Part shown: piece after piece, positions 30,869-40,230 of the stretch
Layout of the letters: every line of letters begins with the position of its first letter
How positions within the stretch are numbered: position 1 is the stretch's first letter
Made by a program: the position numbers and the translations under genes
DNA from: Actinomycetota bacterium
GTDB lineage: Bacteria > Actinomycetota > Humimicrobiia > Humimicrobiales > Humimicrobiaceae
Direction of reading: 5' to 3'
Assembly: GCA_028717265.1 (NCBI GenBank)
Contig: JAQUOE010000001.1
Location: 16,963-80,962, forward strand
DNA: 64,000 nt
Notes under the pieces: generated by a model
Databases searched by the model: none
What the model was told of the DNA's origin: nothing
Seen by the model: the letters and a program-made list of their open reading frames with translations, nothing else

Positions 30869-31693
30869 TTGCTTGATCATAAAATATTATATAATTCGGA
30901 ATCTATTTCCGATGAATATGCAAAAAGGGATTACCTTGAGGGCGCCGAATCTGCCATAATTAAAAAATTTGGCAGCAGGTTCAAAAAAATGGATATGCTC
31001 GATATGGGAGTCGGAGGAGGACGCACCACTAAATATTTCGCTCCTCTGGTAAAAAGTTACATAGGAGCGGACTATGCACCTAATATGATAACCAGATGCA
31101 GGGTCAAATATAGAGGTAAATACTCGTTTATGGAGAGCGATGTAAGATCGATGAACATGTTTGGAAGCAATATGTTTGATTTCGTGCTGTTCAGCTATAA
31201 TGGAATAGACAGCTTCAGCCATGAAGATAGGTTTGCAGCTCTAAAAGAAATAAAAAGGGTACTCAGAAGTAATGGATATCTCTATTTTTCTTCGCACAAT
31301 TTAAACTGGGAAAATCTTTCGGATCTCTTTAACTTTAAATCGGGCGGAATGGGCACAGATAAAAAAAATGGTTCCAGGGATTTTATAAGGTTACTTGGCA
31401 GCAGTATTAAATCCGGATTTAAAAAACTTCGCTTGAATATTTTAAATAGAAACCTTCGCAGTAAAGATTTTGTTCAACATTTAAAGGAAAAGCAGAGGGG
31501 CTTGATATATGATAATTCACTTAATGGAAAGGCAAGTGTCTATTATATAACCAGAGCCGAACAGATAAGGCAATTGGAAGATGCCGGTTTTAAAAATATA
31601 ACCACTTATTCCAGAAACGGTACTAATACCGGGAATGAAGAAAAGTTAAATGAAGATGGTTGGATATATTACCTTTGCGAGGCAGATAAATAA
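30869..31693 (+). CDS. class I SAM-dependent methyltransferase
   Basis: Has motif I LDMGVGGGRTT and post-I/II acidic residues. 274 aa. Confidence 0.6.
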   Translation: MLDHKILYNSESISDEYAKRDYLEGAESAIIKKFGSRFKKMDMLDMGVGGGRTTKYFAPLVKSYIGADYAPNMITRCRVKYRGKYSFMESDVRSMNMFGSNMFDFVLFSYNGIDSFSHEDRFAALKEIKRVLRSNGYLYFSSHNLNWENLSDLFNFKSGGMGTDKKNGSRDFIRLLGSSIKSGFKKLRLNILNRNLRSKDFVQHLKEKQRGLIYDNSLNGKASVYYITRAEQIRQLEDAGFKNITTYSRNGTNTGNEEKLNEDGWIYYLCEADK

Positions 31694-31880
31694 GATCTTT
31701 AAAGGCCAGAATGTTAATTAAGCGCATCAGGATACGGCTGATTTCTTATTTTTATTTTAAAATTATATAATTAGTTGGTTGCAGACCTTAAGGTTGATTA
31801 ATTATTTTTTATGGTTACTGCAGTTTTACAGGGTGTTAAAGTTCTAAAAGGGTTTAATAAATAATTCCGAAAGAGTAAAT

Positions 31881-32684
31881 TTGGACAATAGAGCAATAGG
31901 AATTTTTGATTCAGGTGTCGGTGGCCTCACAGTTTTATGGGAAATAATGAAGGCCATTCCCAATGAAAGCACCATATATTTCGGGGACACAAAAAGATTT
32001 CCTTACGGCCCGAGGGATTTGGATGAAGTCAAAAAATTAGTTTTTAAAATAACCAGATTCCTTTACGATAAAGATGTCAAACTTATCGTGATTGCCTGCA
32101 ATACTTCCACTGCTGCTGCCCTTGATGATTTGAAGCGGCAGTATGATATACCGATCATAGGGGTTATAGAGCCCGGAGCAAGGACAGCTGTTTACAATAC
32201 CAGAAATAAAAGGGTCGGTGTGATTGCAACCGAGGGTACTGTCAAAAGCAATGCATATCCGAATGAAATCGAAAGGATAAATCCGGGCATAAAGACATTT
32301 TCCGTTCCGGCTCCTTTGCTTGTGGATTTCGTAGAGAAAGGTATTCTTAAGGGCAGCGGTCTTGATAAAGTAATCAAAGGTTACCTGAAACCATTATACG
32401 ACGCCGGTATCGATGTATTAATACTGGGCTGTACCCATTTCCCGTTGATAGAAAAGAGGATTTTAGCCTGCAGCGGCAATGGGATAAAGGTTATAAGTTC
32501 AGCAGTCGAAACTGCAAAGGATGTCAGGGAAATTCTTGAGGAAAGAGGATTATGTGCGGATAAAGGGAAAACGCCCGAAAGATTTTTTTATGAAACAGGG
32601 ATAAAAAGCAAATTTTTTGAAGTGGGAAATATGTTCCTGGGCGAAGAGATAAAGGAAGTCATAAAAATAAAATTGGATATCTGA
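31881..32684 (+). CDS. murI: glutamate racemase
   Basis: TTG start. Contains IGIFDSGVGGLTV and CNTSTA, the Asp/Glu racemase motifs. Confidence 0.85.
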   Translation: MDNRAIGIFDSGVGGLTVLWEIMKAIPNESTIYFGDTKRFPYGPRDLDEVKKLVFKITRFLYDKDVKLIVIACNTSTAAALDDLKRQYDIPIIGVIEPGARTAVYNTRNKRVGVIATEGTVKSNAYPNEIERINPGIKTFSVPAPLLVDFVEKGILKGSGLDKVIKGYLKPLYDAGIDVLILGCTHFPLIEKRILACSGNGIKVISSAVETAKDVREILEERGLCADKGKTPERFFYETGIKSKFFEVGNMFLGEEIKEVIKIKLDI

Positions 32685-32731
32685 AATAATAAAATACCTT
32701 AAAATGTCATTAAAGAGAAAGGTTTCCGGTA

Positions 32732-33460
32732 ATGATTAAAAGAATAGATGGCAGAAAAAAAGACGAAATAAGAAAAATAAAAATAACAAGGAATTATATA
32801 TCGCACAGTGACGGTTCGGTATTTATCGAGATGGGGAAAACCAGGATCATATGCACTGCTACCGTGGAAGATAAAGTTCCCAGGTTTTTGGCAGGTAAGG
32901 GTTCGGGCTGGATCACGGCCGAATACGATATGATTCCAGGTTCCGCTCCGCAGAGGATCATACGGGCTCAGACCACCGGAAGAATTAATGGAAGGACTCA
33001 TGAGATCCAGAGACTGATTGGCAGGTCACTCAGGAGTGTGGTTGACTTGAATAAGATTGGCGAAAGAACCATCTGGATAGATTGCGACGTGATCGAAGCA
33101 GATGGCGGGACAAGGACCGCCTCGATAACCGGCAGCTTTGTTGCTCTTTTCGACTGCATGCACTCTTTAATAGAGAGGAAAATTGTAGGGGTGATGCCCA
33201 TAGAAAATTTTTTAGCTGCAATAAGCGTGGGCATAGTCAATGGGGAGATACTGGTAGATCTCTGCTTTGAAGAAGATTCGAAGGCACAGGTAGATATGAA
33301 TGTAGTAATGAATTCTAAAGGCGAACTCATAGAGGTGCAGTCTACTGCAGAGACCACTCCTTTCAGCAGAGAAAATTTCGATAAGATGATGGAAAAAGCA
33401 ACTGATGGTATTAAGGAAATCATAGAAACTCAAAAAAATATATTGAGTCAGGATATATAA
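32732..33460 (+). CDS. rph: ribonuclease PH
   Basis: 242 aa with GSVFIEMGKTRIICTATVEDKVPRFL...GWITAEYDMIPGSA, the RNase PH pattern. Confidence 0.85.
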   Translation: MIKRIDGRKKDEIRKIKITRNYISHSDGSVFIEMGKTRIICTATVEDKVPRFLAGKGSGWITAEYDMIPGSAPQRIIRAQTTGRINGRTHEIQRLIGRSLRSVVDLNKIGERTIWIDCDVIEADGGTRTASITGSFVALFDCMHSLIERKIVGVMPIENFLAAISVGIVNGEILVDLCFEEDSKAQVDMNVVMNSKGELIEVQSTAETTPFSRENFDKMMEKATDGIKEIIETQKNILSQDI

Positions 33461-33494
33461 TTTTTATATCATCTATTCACATGGGTGTTTATCA

Positions 33495-34091
33495 TTGCAG
33501 ATAGTTATAGCTTCAAAAAATAATGGAAAGATCCGGGAAATAAAATCATTTTTTAGCAATTTACGAAAAGTGCAGTGGCTGACTTTCGAAGATTTCGAAA
33601 GATTTCCGGATATAAAAGAAGAAGGAAAAAGCTTTGCAGAGAATGCAGGGTTAAAGGCCCGCGGTATTTCTCTTTATACAAATAAAATCGCTCTTGGCGA
33701 TGACTCCGGACTGGAAGTGGATTTTTTAGGAGGCAGGCCGGGAATAAAGTCGTCAAGATATACCGGAGTAAATGCTGCTGATAAGGAGAACAGGGACAAG
33801 CTTCTCGAAGAAATGAAAAATGCCGGGGATATTTCGGAGAGGTCAGCGAGATTTATCTGCAGCATGGTTCTCTGGGATCCGGTAAAAGGTTTTATCTTCG
33901 GGGCGAAGGGCATCTGTGAAGGTTTTATAGGTTTTAAGGAAATAGGTACCGGCGGTTTCGGTTATGATTGTATCTTCAATCCGACAGGATATAATAAGAC
34001 GATGGCCCAGTTGACACAGGTTGAAAAAAATATGATCAGCCACAGAGGCAAGGCTCTCAAAGCTGTATATGGATTTATTGTAAATTTATAA
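33495..34091 (+). CDS. rdgB: non-canonical purine NTP pyrophosphatase (RdgB/HAM1)
   Basis: TTG start. Contains IVIASKNNGKIREIK and FGYDCIFNPTGYNKTMAQL. It lies downstream of rph, a conserved pair. Confidence 0.8.
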   Translation: MQIVIASKNNGKIREIKSFFSNLRKVQWLTFEDFERFPDIKEEGKSFAENAGLKARGISLYTNKIALGDDSGLEVDFLGGRPGIKSSRYTGVNAADKENRDKLLEEMKNAGDISERSARFICSMVLWDPVKGFIFGAKGICEGFIGFKEIGTGGFGYDCIFNPTGYNKTMAQLTQVEKNMISHRGKALKAVYGFIVNL

Positions 34092-34132
34092 AATTATGTT
34101 ATTATTTTTCTGCTAAAGAATCGGTTTTAAAT

Positions 34133-34211
34133 CGGGGTGTAGCGCAGTTTGGTTTAGCGCACCTGCTTTGGGAGCAGGGGGTCGGAGGTTCAAATCCTCT
34201 CACCCCGACCA
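34133..34211 (+). tRNA. tRNA-Pro (anticodon TGG), CCA encoded
   Basis: Cloverleaf with acceptor CGGGGTG/CACCCCG, anticodon loop TTTGGGA and T-loop TTCAAAT. Confidence 0.85.
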
Positions 34212-34217
34212 TTTCGG

Positions 34218-34293
34218 GCGGGAATAGCTCAGTTGGCTAGAGCGTCAGCCTTCCAAGCTGAAGGTCGCGGGTTCGAGGCCCGTTTCCCGCTCC
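34218..34293 (+). tRNA. tRNA-Gly (anticodon TCC), CCA encoded
   Basis: Acceptor GCGGGAA/TTCCCGC, anticodon loop CTTCCAA, T-loop TTCGAGG. Confidence 0.85.
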
Positions 34294-34334
34294 ATTTTTT
34301 AGTAATGAATTTTAATTTGTTATAATATTTGCGT

Positions 34335-34411
34335 GCGCCAGTAGCTCAGCTGGATAGAGCAACGGATTTCTAATCCGTGGGTCGGGGGTTCAAATCCCTC
34401 CTGGCGTACCA
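34335..34411 (+). tRNA. tRNA-Arg (anticodon TCT), CCA encoded
   Basis: Acceptor GCGCCAG/CTGGCGT with G1-U72, anticodon stem ACGGA/TCCGT, loop TTTCTAA. Confidence 0.85.
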
Positions 34412-34419
34412 GAAATTTG

Positions 34420-34478
34420 GGTATCGCATTATAAATTCAGGTAGCGTACCATAAAGTTGGTATTGGCTGTATAATTTT
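34420..34478 (+). repeat. three tandem imperfect ~19-20-nt repeats in the tRNA-Arg/tRNA-His spacer
   Basis: GGTATCGCATTATAAATTC, GGTAGCGTACCATAAAGTT and GGTATTGGCTGTATAATTTT share the GGTA...C...ATAAA pattern. Confidence 0.35.
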
Positions 34479-34490
34479 AATTAAACATAT

Positions 34491-34567
34491 GGTGAGAATA
34501 GCTCAGCTGGGAGAGCACAGGATTGTGGATCCTGGGGTCGCGGGTTCGATCCCCGTTTCTCACCCCA
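34491..34567 (+). tRNA. tRNA-His (anticodon GTG) with encoded G-1, CCA encoded
   Basis: An extra 5' G precedes the GTGAGAA/TTCTCAC acceptor, and the discriminator is C. Anticodon loop TTGTGGA. Confidence 0.85.
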
Positions 34568-34580
34568 TTTTTTAAACCTT

Positions 34581-34657
34581 GCGCCTGTAGCTCAGTTGGA
34601 TAGAGCGTCGGACTTCGAATCCGTGCGTCGGGGGTTCGAATCCCTCCAGGCGTACCA
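34581..34657 (+). tRNA. tRNA-Arg (anticodon TCG), CCA encoded
   Basis: Acceptor GCGCCTG/CAGGCGT, anticodon loop CTTCGAA. Confidence 0.8.
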
Positions 34658-34666
34658 TATTTAAAT

Positions 34667-34742
34667 GGGCCGTTAGCTCAGCTGGTAGAGCACCTGACTC
34701 TTAATCAGGGTGTCACAGGTTCGATCCCTGTACGGCTCACCA
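34667..34742 (+). tRNA. tRNA-Lys (anticodon CTT), CCA encoded
   Basis: Acceptor GGGCCGT/ACGGCTC, anticodon stem CCTGA/TCAGG, loop CTCTTAA. Confidence 0.85.
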
Positions 34743-34747
34743 TCTCT

Positions 34748-34834
34748 GCGAGAGTGGCGGAACTGGCAGACGCGCTAGACTTAGGATCTAGTGGGGTAAC
34801 ACCTATAGGGGTTCAAGTCCCCTCTCTCGCACCA
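34748..34834 (+). tRNA. tRNA-Leu (anticodon TAG), long variable arm, CCA encoded
   Basis: Acceptor GCGAGAG/CTCTCGC, anticodon loop CTTAGGA, extra arm TGGGGTAACACCTATA. 87 nt. Confidence 0.85.
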
Positions 34835-34987
34835 GAAAAGAAACAATTTTTGGAATGAAATTTAAAACTAACAGTAGAAAACATGCTGAATGCATATTTT
34901 CGGGACTTGAAAAGACGGACCGAGTGTTAATGAGGGAATCTGCGTTTCTTAAGTCATTTTTTAATGATTTACCTTAATTAGAAACCC

Positions 34988-36073
34988 TCAATATTTATCG
35001 GTTACAACACCAAGAGAGGAAGCTTTTATAAAAGGCAATCCTGTTAAAGCCTTAAGGCCTTCCGAGTCTCCGGTGACTACTGCTCCCATTATCTTTATAT
35101 CATCCTGTGTAAGTTTACCATCATCGCCTACAATGTTGTTGTATATTCTGTCAAATTCATTTCCTTTGTGGTATTCATCTCTGCTATTTACAATAGAGTT
35201 AATAAACAGTTCCACGGCCGTAGATCCGGATATTTCCCTCCCATCATTATAATATAGCTTTATGCCGTAGGCTGTATATTCAGATTTCACCGGCGGGAAT
35301 ACTACAGGAAATTCCATCTCTTCCTGTTTTCTGAGAGGGATCTTCAACATCTCTTTTTCATTTTCACTCAGGTCGTCAACCCAGTACCAGGTTACTGTGA
35401 TGTTCTCAGGCAATATATTTCGAACTTCTTCTGTGGTATATTTCCTGTCAAATGAAAGCGCCATCTCCATATACTTGTCATTGCCAATATCATCAAGTAA
35501 ATCAAGGTCATTCAGACACTCGCCGGCGTTATATTTTACGAAAGGATAGAAAAATACCATCACCCTCTGGCCGAGCTCATTGTATCTCCTGTATCCCAGA
35601 TCCTCTATAGCATAACTGGAATCAAAATCATGATCCAAAATTGAGGGACATGTTTCACAAATCATTCCATGGCGGGGATAGATAGCAAATTCGGATTCTT
35701 TTTCACCTGTATATATAACTTTTCCCTCTATAATTTTGTACATGGTGTAATATATTTTATCTTTATAGCCACGAGTTTCCCATACCTCTTTTCCTATATA
35801 TTTATCAGGAGCGGAAATTTTGTAAATTTCATGTGTATAATTGTTTGTCTCCTTCTCCCATTTATGAATGGAGTTAGCTACAAGATCTGATGCAGCCATA
35901 GCGGCGGCACATAACACACAAAAGACTAAAAAACTTATTCCAATAATTTTCAATATGGTCCACCATCTTGCTTTTTTAACAACTATGCCGAGCTTCTTAC
36001 TTTTGAACTCATCAAAGATTTTGTCCATATCCTTCTTAGTATCTTCTGACTTTTTTTCCATTTTAAAATTCAC
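34988..36073 (-). CDS. putative anti-sigma factor: single TM with a ~290-aa extracytoplasmic domain
   Basis: It sits immediately downstream of an ECF sigma gene on the same strand and overlaps it by 11 nt. It has a short basic cytoplasmic N-terminus, one TM (WWTILKIIGISFLVFCVLCAAAMA) and a large C-terminal domain with no motif I recognise. Confidence 0.5.
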   Translation of the reverse strand: MNFKMEKKSEDTKKDMDKIFDEFKSKKLGIVVKKARWWTILKIIGISFLVFCVLCAAAMAASDLVANSIHKWEKETNNYTHEIYKISAPDKYIGKEVWETRGYKDKIYYTMYKIIEGKVIYTGEKESEFAIYPRHGMICETCPSILDHDFDSSYAIEDLGYRRYNELGQRVMVFFYPFVKYNAGECLNDLDLLDDIGNDKYMEMALSFDRKYTTEEVRNILPENITVTWYWVDDLSENEKEMLKIPLRKQEEMEFPVVFPPVKSEYTAYGIKLYYNDGREISGSTAVELFINSIVNSRDEYHKGNEFDRIYNNIVGDDGKLTQDDIKIMGAVVTGDSEGLKALTGLPFIKASSLGVVTDKY

Positions 36074-36563
36074 TCCTTTCCCATAACTTTTTGAATTTTT
36101 TTCTTGCTCTGTAAAGATAGATCTTTACTTTTTCCTCACTGTATCCTTTAAACTCCGAGATATCCCGGTACGAAAAACCTATTATGTACTTCAGGATTAG
36201 CAATTCCTTAAATACTGGTTGTAATTTTTCTAATGTTTTTCTGATATCTTTCACTTTTTCTGAAATAATTGCAGTATCCTCCGAACTCTCTGTTGCAAGA
36301 TCCGTAATATCTATATCACTCAGGTTTATGGATACATTTTTCTTATTTTTCCTGCATAAATTATAAAATTCATTAAAAGCTACACGGAAAAGCCATGCTC
36401 TGGCTGCTCCAACTTCTATAGAATCGATATATTTCAATGCTTTATAAAGTGTATTCTGAACAATATCTTCCGTGTCTTCTTTCGTAACACCCATTTTGAT
36501 AAGGGACCTAAACACAATCTTCATCTCATTTATCAGGACCTCTTCAAGGGGTTCTGCGCCCAT
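36063..36563 (-). CDS. RNA polymerase ECF-type sigma-70 factor
   Basis: Region 2 is EDIVQNTLYKALKYIDSIE...ARAWLFRVAFNEFYNLCRK, and region 4 is an HTH (FSYRDISEFKGYSEEKVKIYLYRARKKFKKL). 166 aa. Confidence 0.75.
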   Translation of the reverse strand: MGAEPLEEVLINEMKIVFRSLIKMGVTKEDTEDIVQNTLYKALKYIDSIEVGAARAWLFRVAFNEFYNLCRKNKKNVSINLSDIDITDLATESSEDTAIISEKVKDIRKTLEKLQPVFKELLILKYIIGFSYRDISEFKGYSEEKVKIYLYRARKKFKKLWERSEF

Positions 36564-36892
36564 TCCTCACCATCCGCTCACTGAAATAAATCTTGATAGG
36601 TATTTATTCCCACTCTTATAAAACAAACAAAATGTAAAAATGTATACAAATATCAATTTTAAAAATATAGAATAATGTTTTATCAATATATCAAATTATA
36701 ATATATAAAAATTATAAAAATTATATATAGTTCATAATATGCAGAAACCGGAAAACAGACGATAGATATGAAGGTTAAAGAACTTTTTTGCAACGAGTAC
36801 CCTGGTTTGTATTTTATTTATTTTCTATTATAATATGTGTCTTAATGTGAAACTGGGTTAATTTTATTTGTAGTATTTGAGGGGGAATTTTA

Positions 36893-38314
36893 TTGAGTTA
36901 CAAGATAAAAAGTCAGAAAAAAATCGACTTAAACAAGGTTAAATTAGAAATAGAGATTACAAATAACTATTTAAAGAAAAATATCGGTAAAGCTTATAAG
37001 AATATATCCGATAAAGCAAATATTCCCGGTTTCAGGAAAGGAAAGATTCCTTATCAGGTAATAGATGTAAAATTCGGTAAACAATACGTATTAAATGAGG
37101 CAGCCAGTCTTTCGATTTCAGAACTATATCCTGACATAATAACGCAGTCCAAACTGATGCCGATTGATTACCCAAGAATAAAAATCAATCAGTTATCCGA
37201 GGATTTACCTCTGGGATTCGAGATGGAAGTGGAACTGGAACCTGAAGTAGAATTACCGTCATATAAAGGAGTAAAAGTTTCGAGTATCTCGACTGATGTG
37301 TCCGATGAAGAACTGGAAAGGCAGATAAATAATATAAGAAATAATTTTGCATCACTCGAATCTGTCGAAGACGGCAAACCAGTATCAAAAGGCGATTATG
37401 TCACCCTGGATTTCAGTGGCGAAATCGAAGGAAAAGCATTTGAAGGTGGCAATGCTGAAGATTATCTTCTGGAAGTCGGTTCTAATACATTGTTCGCAAA
37501 ATTTGAGGATTCCCTTATCGGAATGAAAAAAGGTGAAAAGAAAAATGAAGTCCTTACACTGCCGAACAATATCAAAAATACCGGCCTTGCAGGCAAAGAG
37601 GCAAATTTTAGTATTTTTATAAAGGAGATAAAGAGGAAAGTACTGCCTGAAATAAATGAGGAATTTTTAAAGAGTCTGGGTGATTTTAAAGATGCCGATG
37701 ATTTTAAGGATAATATCAAAAAGAAGCTGGTCGAGCAGAAAGAAAGTTTTAGAAGGGCAAAGATAATTGAAGAAATCCTCAATCATATAGTGGATAATAT
37801 GAAGACCAGAGTTCCTGATGTCATGGTAACTAACCGGATAAAGCAGATAAACGAGGAGATCGATGAGGATTTAAAAAGACAGAAAGTAAGCAGGGATAAT
37901 TATCTCAGAGCCATAAATATTACAGAAGACAAATTTAAGGAAGAAATAAAGGAGAAAGCTGCCAGAGAAATAAAAGAATACCTGATCTTCAGGGCATTGG
38001 AAAAAGCAGAAAAGAAGAATATAGAACCTTCCGAAGAAGAGATTAAAAAAGAGAAAGATAATATTATCGGCAGATGTAAAAAAGAGGAAGACATCAAAAA
38101 GGTAAAGGAATTTTTTGAAAATCCCGAAGGGCAGAGGACCATTGTCGAGAATATCAGGCGAAGAAAAATAATAGATTTACTGATAGCCAGTGCCCGGGTG
38201 GTAGAAGAAAAAAGCACAGGTGGCAAAGATACAGAGGAGATATGGACACCTGATAAAGATAAGACAGGAGACGAAAAAAGAGCAAAGAAGCTCTGGACTC
38301 CTGGCTCAAAATAA
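36893..38314 (+). CDS. tig: trigger factor
   Basis: TTG start preceded by a GGGGG Shine-Dalgarno. Contains the ribosome-binding signature GFRKGKIP and a central FKBP-like domain. It lies upstream of clpP-clpX. Confidence 0.85.
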   Translation: MSYKIKSQKKIDLNKVKLEIEITNNYLKKNIGKAYKNISDKANIPGFRKGKIPYQVIDVKFGKQYVLNEAASLSISELYPDIITQSKLMPIDYPRIKINQLSEDLPLGFEMEVELEPEVELPSYKGVKVSSISTDVSDEELERQINNIRNNFASLESVEDGKPVSKGDYVTLDFSGEIEGKAFEGGNAEDYLLEVGSNTLFAKFEDSLIGMKKGEKKNEVLTLPNNIKNTGLAGKEANFSIFIKEIKRKVLPEINEEFLKSLGDFKDADDFKDNIKKKLVEQKESFRRAKIIEEILNHIVDNMKTRVPDVMVTNRIKQINEEIDEDLKRQKVSRDNYLRAINITEDKFKEEIKEKAAREIKEYLIFRALEKAEKKNIEPSEEEIKKEKDNIIGRCKKEEDIKKVKEFFENPEGQRTIVENIRRRKIIDLLIASARVVEEKSTGGKDTEEIWTPDKDKTGDEKRAKKLWTPGSK

Positions 38315-38326
38315 TTAGAAAGAGAG

Positions 38327-38926
38327 ATGAATGAAATGTCTAATGATTATTTAATTCCGATGGTGATTGAACAGACCAGCAGAGGGGAACGCTCTTTCGA
38401 TATTTACTCACGCTTACTCAAGGAGAGAATAATTTTTCTGGGAGTGGCAATAGATGATAATGTCGCAAATCTGGTAATGGCACAGATGCTGCATCTGGAA
38501 GCTGAGGACCCGGAAAAAGATATTCAGCTGTATATAAACAGCCCGGGTGGGATTGTGACATCCGCTCTTGCGGTTTATGATACCATGCAGTTCATAAAAT
38601 CACCGGTATCAACCATATGCATAGGCCAGGCTGCAAGCGCCGCTGCGGTACTGCTTCTGGCAGGAGCAAAAGGTAAAAGATTTTCACTGCCTAATTCGAG
38701 AGTCATGCTTCACCAGCCATCCGGAGGTGTTTCCGGAACCACAATCGATGTGGAAATCCATGCAAAAGAAATGGTAAGAATTCGTTCTCTATTAAATGAA
38801 ATAATAGCAAAACATACCGGCCAGGAAGTAAAAAAGGTAGAGAAGGACACCGAAAGAGACTTTATATTGAATGCAGAGGATGCCAAAAAATACGGCATAG
38901 TGGACGAAGTCATATATAAAAAATAA
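38327..38926 (+). CDS. clpP: ATP-dependent Clp protease proteolytic subunit
   Basis: Contains the GQAAS active-site Ser context and the HQPSGG His motif. 199 aa. Confidence 0.9.
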   Translation: MNEMSNDYLIPMVIEQTSRGERSFDIYSRLLKERIIFLGVAIDDNVANLVMAQMLHLEAEDPEKDIQLYINSPGGIVTSALAVYDTMQFIKSPVSTICIGQAASAAAVLLLAGAKGKRFSLPNSRVMLHQPSGGVSGTTIDVEIHAKEMVRIRSLLNEIIAKHTGQEVKKVEKDTERDFILNAEDAKKYGIVDEVIYKK

Positions 38927-38948
38927 TAACGCTAAGGAGTGCATAAAC

Positions 38949-40229
38949 TTGTCAACAAATGATGGAAAAAAAAGTGATTTTTTAAAATGTTCTTTTTGCG
39001 GTAAATCCCAGAATCAGGTAAAAAAATTGATTGCGGGTCCGGGGGTTTATGTTTGCAATGAATGTGTGGATCTGTGTAACGAGATCATAGATGAAGAATT
39101 AAAAGAACAAAGGGAAGTCGACTTCAAGGATCTTCCCAAACCAAAAGAAATATATTCGATATTGAACGAGTATGTAATAGGCCAGGAAAGGGCGAAAAAG
39201 GTCCTTTCCGTAGCAGTGTATAATCATTATAAAAGAGTAAAATATGAAGGCAGCCTGAGTGAAGATGACATAGAGATCCAGAAAAGCAATATTTTGCTCA
39301 TTGGTCCAACCGGCTGCGGTAAGACTCTTCTTGCCCAGACCCTTGCAAGGATATTAAATGTCCCATTTTGCATCGCAGATGCGACCGCACTTACCGAGGC
39401 GGGTTATGTCGGAGAAGATGTGGAAAATATATTGCTTAGACTGATACAGGCTGCAGATTTTGATATCAAAAGAGCTGAAACCGGTATAATCTATCTGGAT
39501 GAGATTGATAAGATCAGCCGTAAATCCGAAAATCCCTCTATTACGCGTGATGTATCAGGCGAAGGGGTGCAGCAGGCGCTTCTTAAGATTCTGGAGGGAA
39601 CCGAAGCCAATGTTCCTCCGCAGGGAGGGAGAAAACATCCTCATCAGGATTTTATACAGATCAATACCAGTAATATTCTTTTTATATGCGGAGGTTCTTT
39701 CAGCGGTTTGGAAAAGATAATAGAAAAAAGAATCAATGAAAGCAGCGTAGGATTTATTTCAAGAAAAACTCCTGCCAAAGTCGAAAAGATCGATAAGCTT
39801 CTCCCCCTGACAATGCCGGAAGATCTATTAAAATACGGTCTTATACCGGAACTGATCGGGAGGCTGCCAGTTGTAAGCACGCTCTCCAATCTTACTGAGA
39901 GCGATCTCATTAAAATTCTGGTCGAACCTAAAAATTCTCTGGTAAGGCAATACGTAAAGATGTTCAGGATGGATAAGGTCGAACTGGAGTTTACAAAAGA
40001 TGCCCTGAGAGAGATTTCAGGGCGGGCCCTGAAAAGAGGAACAGGAGCAAGAGGACTGAGGGCCATTATGGAAGAAATAATGCTTAATATAATGTTTGAG
40101 ATACCCCAGCGTAACGATATAAGAAAATGTATCATAACCAGAGAGGTTGTAGAGAATAAAACCGAACCCGAGATAATCGGTAGATCAAACAATAAAGTTT
40201 TTTTGAAAGATGAGGAAAAATCAGCCTAA
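38949..40229 (+). CDS. clpX: ATP-dependent Clp protease ATP-binding subunit ClpX
   Basis: TTG start. Has an N-terminal C4 zinc finger (CSFCGK...CNEC), Walker A GPTGCGKT and the GYVGEDVEN pore loop. Confidence 0.9.
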   Translation: MSTNDGKKSDFLKCSFCGKSQNQVKKLIAGPGVYVCNECVDLCNEIIDEELKEQREVDFKDLPKPKEIYSILNEYVIGQERAKKVLSVAVYNHYKRVKYEGSLSEDDIEIQKSNILLIGPTGCGKTLLAQTLARILNVPFCIADATALTEAGYVGEDVENILLRLIQAADFDIKRAETGIIYLDEIDKISRKSENPSITRDVSGEGVQQALLKILEGTEANVPPQGGRKHPHQDFIQINTSNILFICGGSFSGLEKIIEKRINESSVGFISRKTPAKVEKIDKLLPLTMPEDLLKYGLIPELIGRLPVVSTLSNLTESDLIKILVEPKNSLVRQYVKMFRMDKVELEFTKDALREISGRALKRGTGARGLRAIMEEIMLNIMFEIPQRNDIRKCIITREVVENKTEPEIIGRSNNKVFLKDEEKSA

Positions 40230-40230
40230 A

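Noticed and set aside
34335-34411. I briefly read the anticodon loop of the first tRNA-Arg as containing CTA, which would be an amber suppressor.
   Set aside because: With the stem registered correctly (ACGGA/TCCGT) the loop is TTTCTAA and the anticodon is TCT (Arg). No suppressor tRNA is present in the array.
40210-40230. An upstream ATG for valS overlapping the last 20 nt of clpX.
   Set aside because: ATG at 40231, immediately after the clpX stop, gives a conventional ValS N-terminus (MFDEIKDKFNP...). The upstream 7 codons are probably read-through of the frame, not coding.
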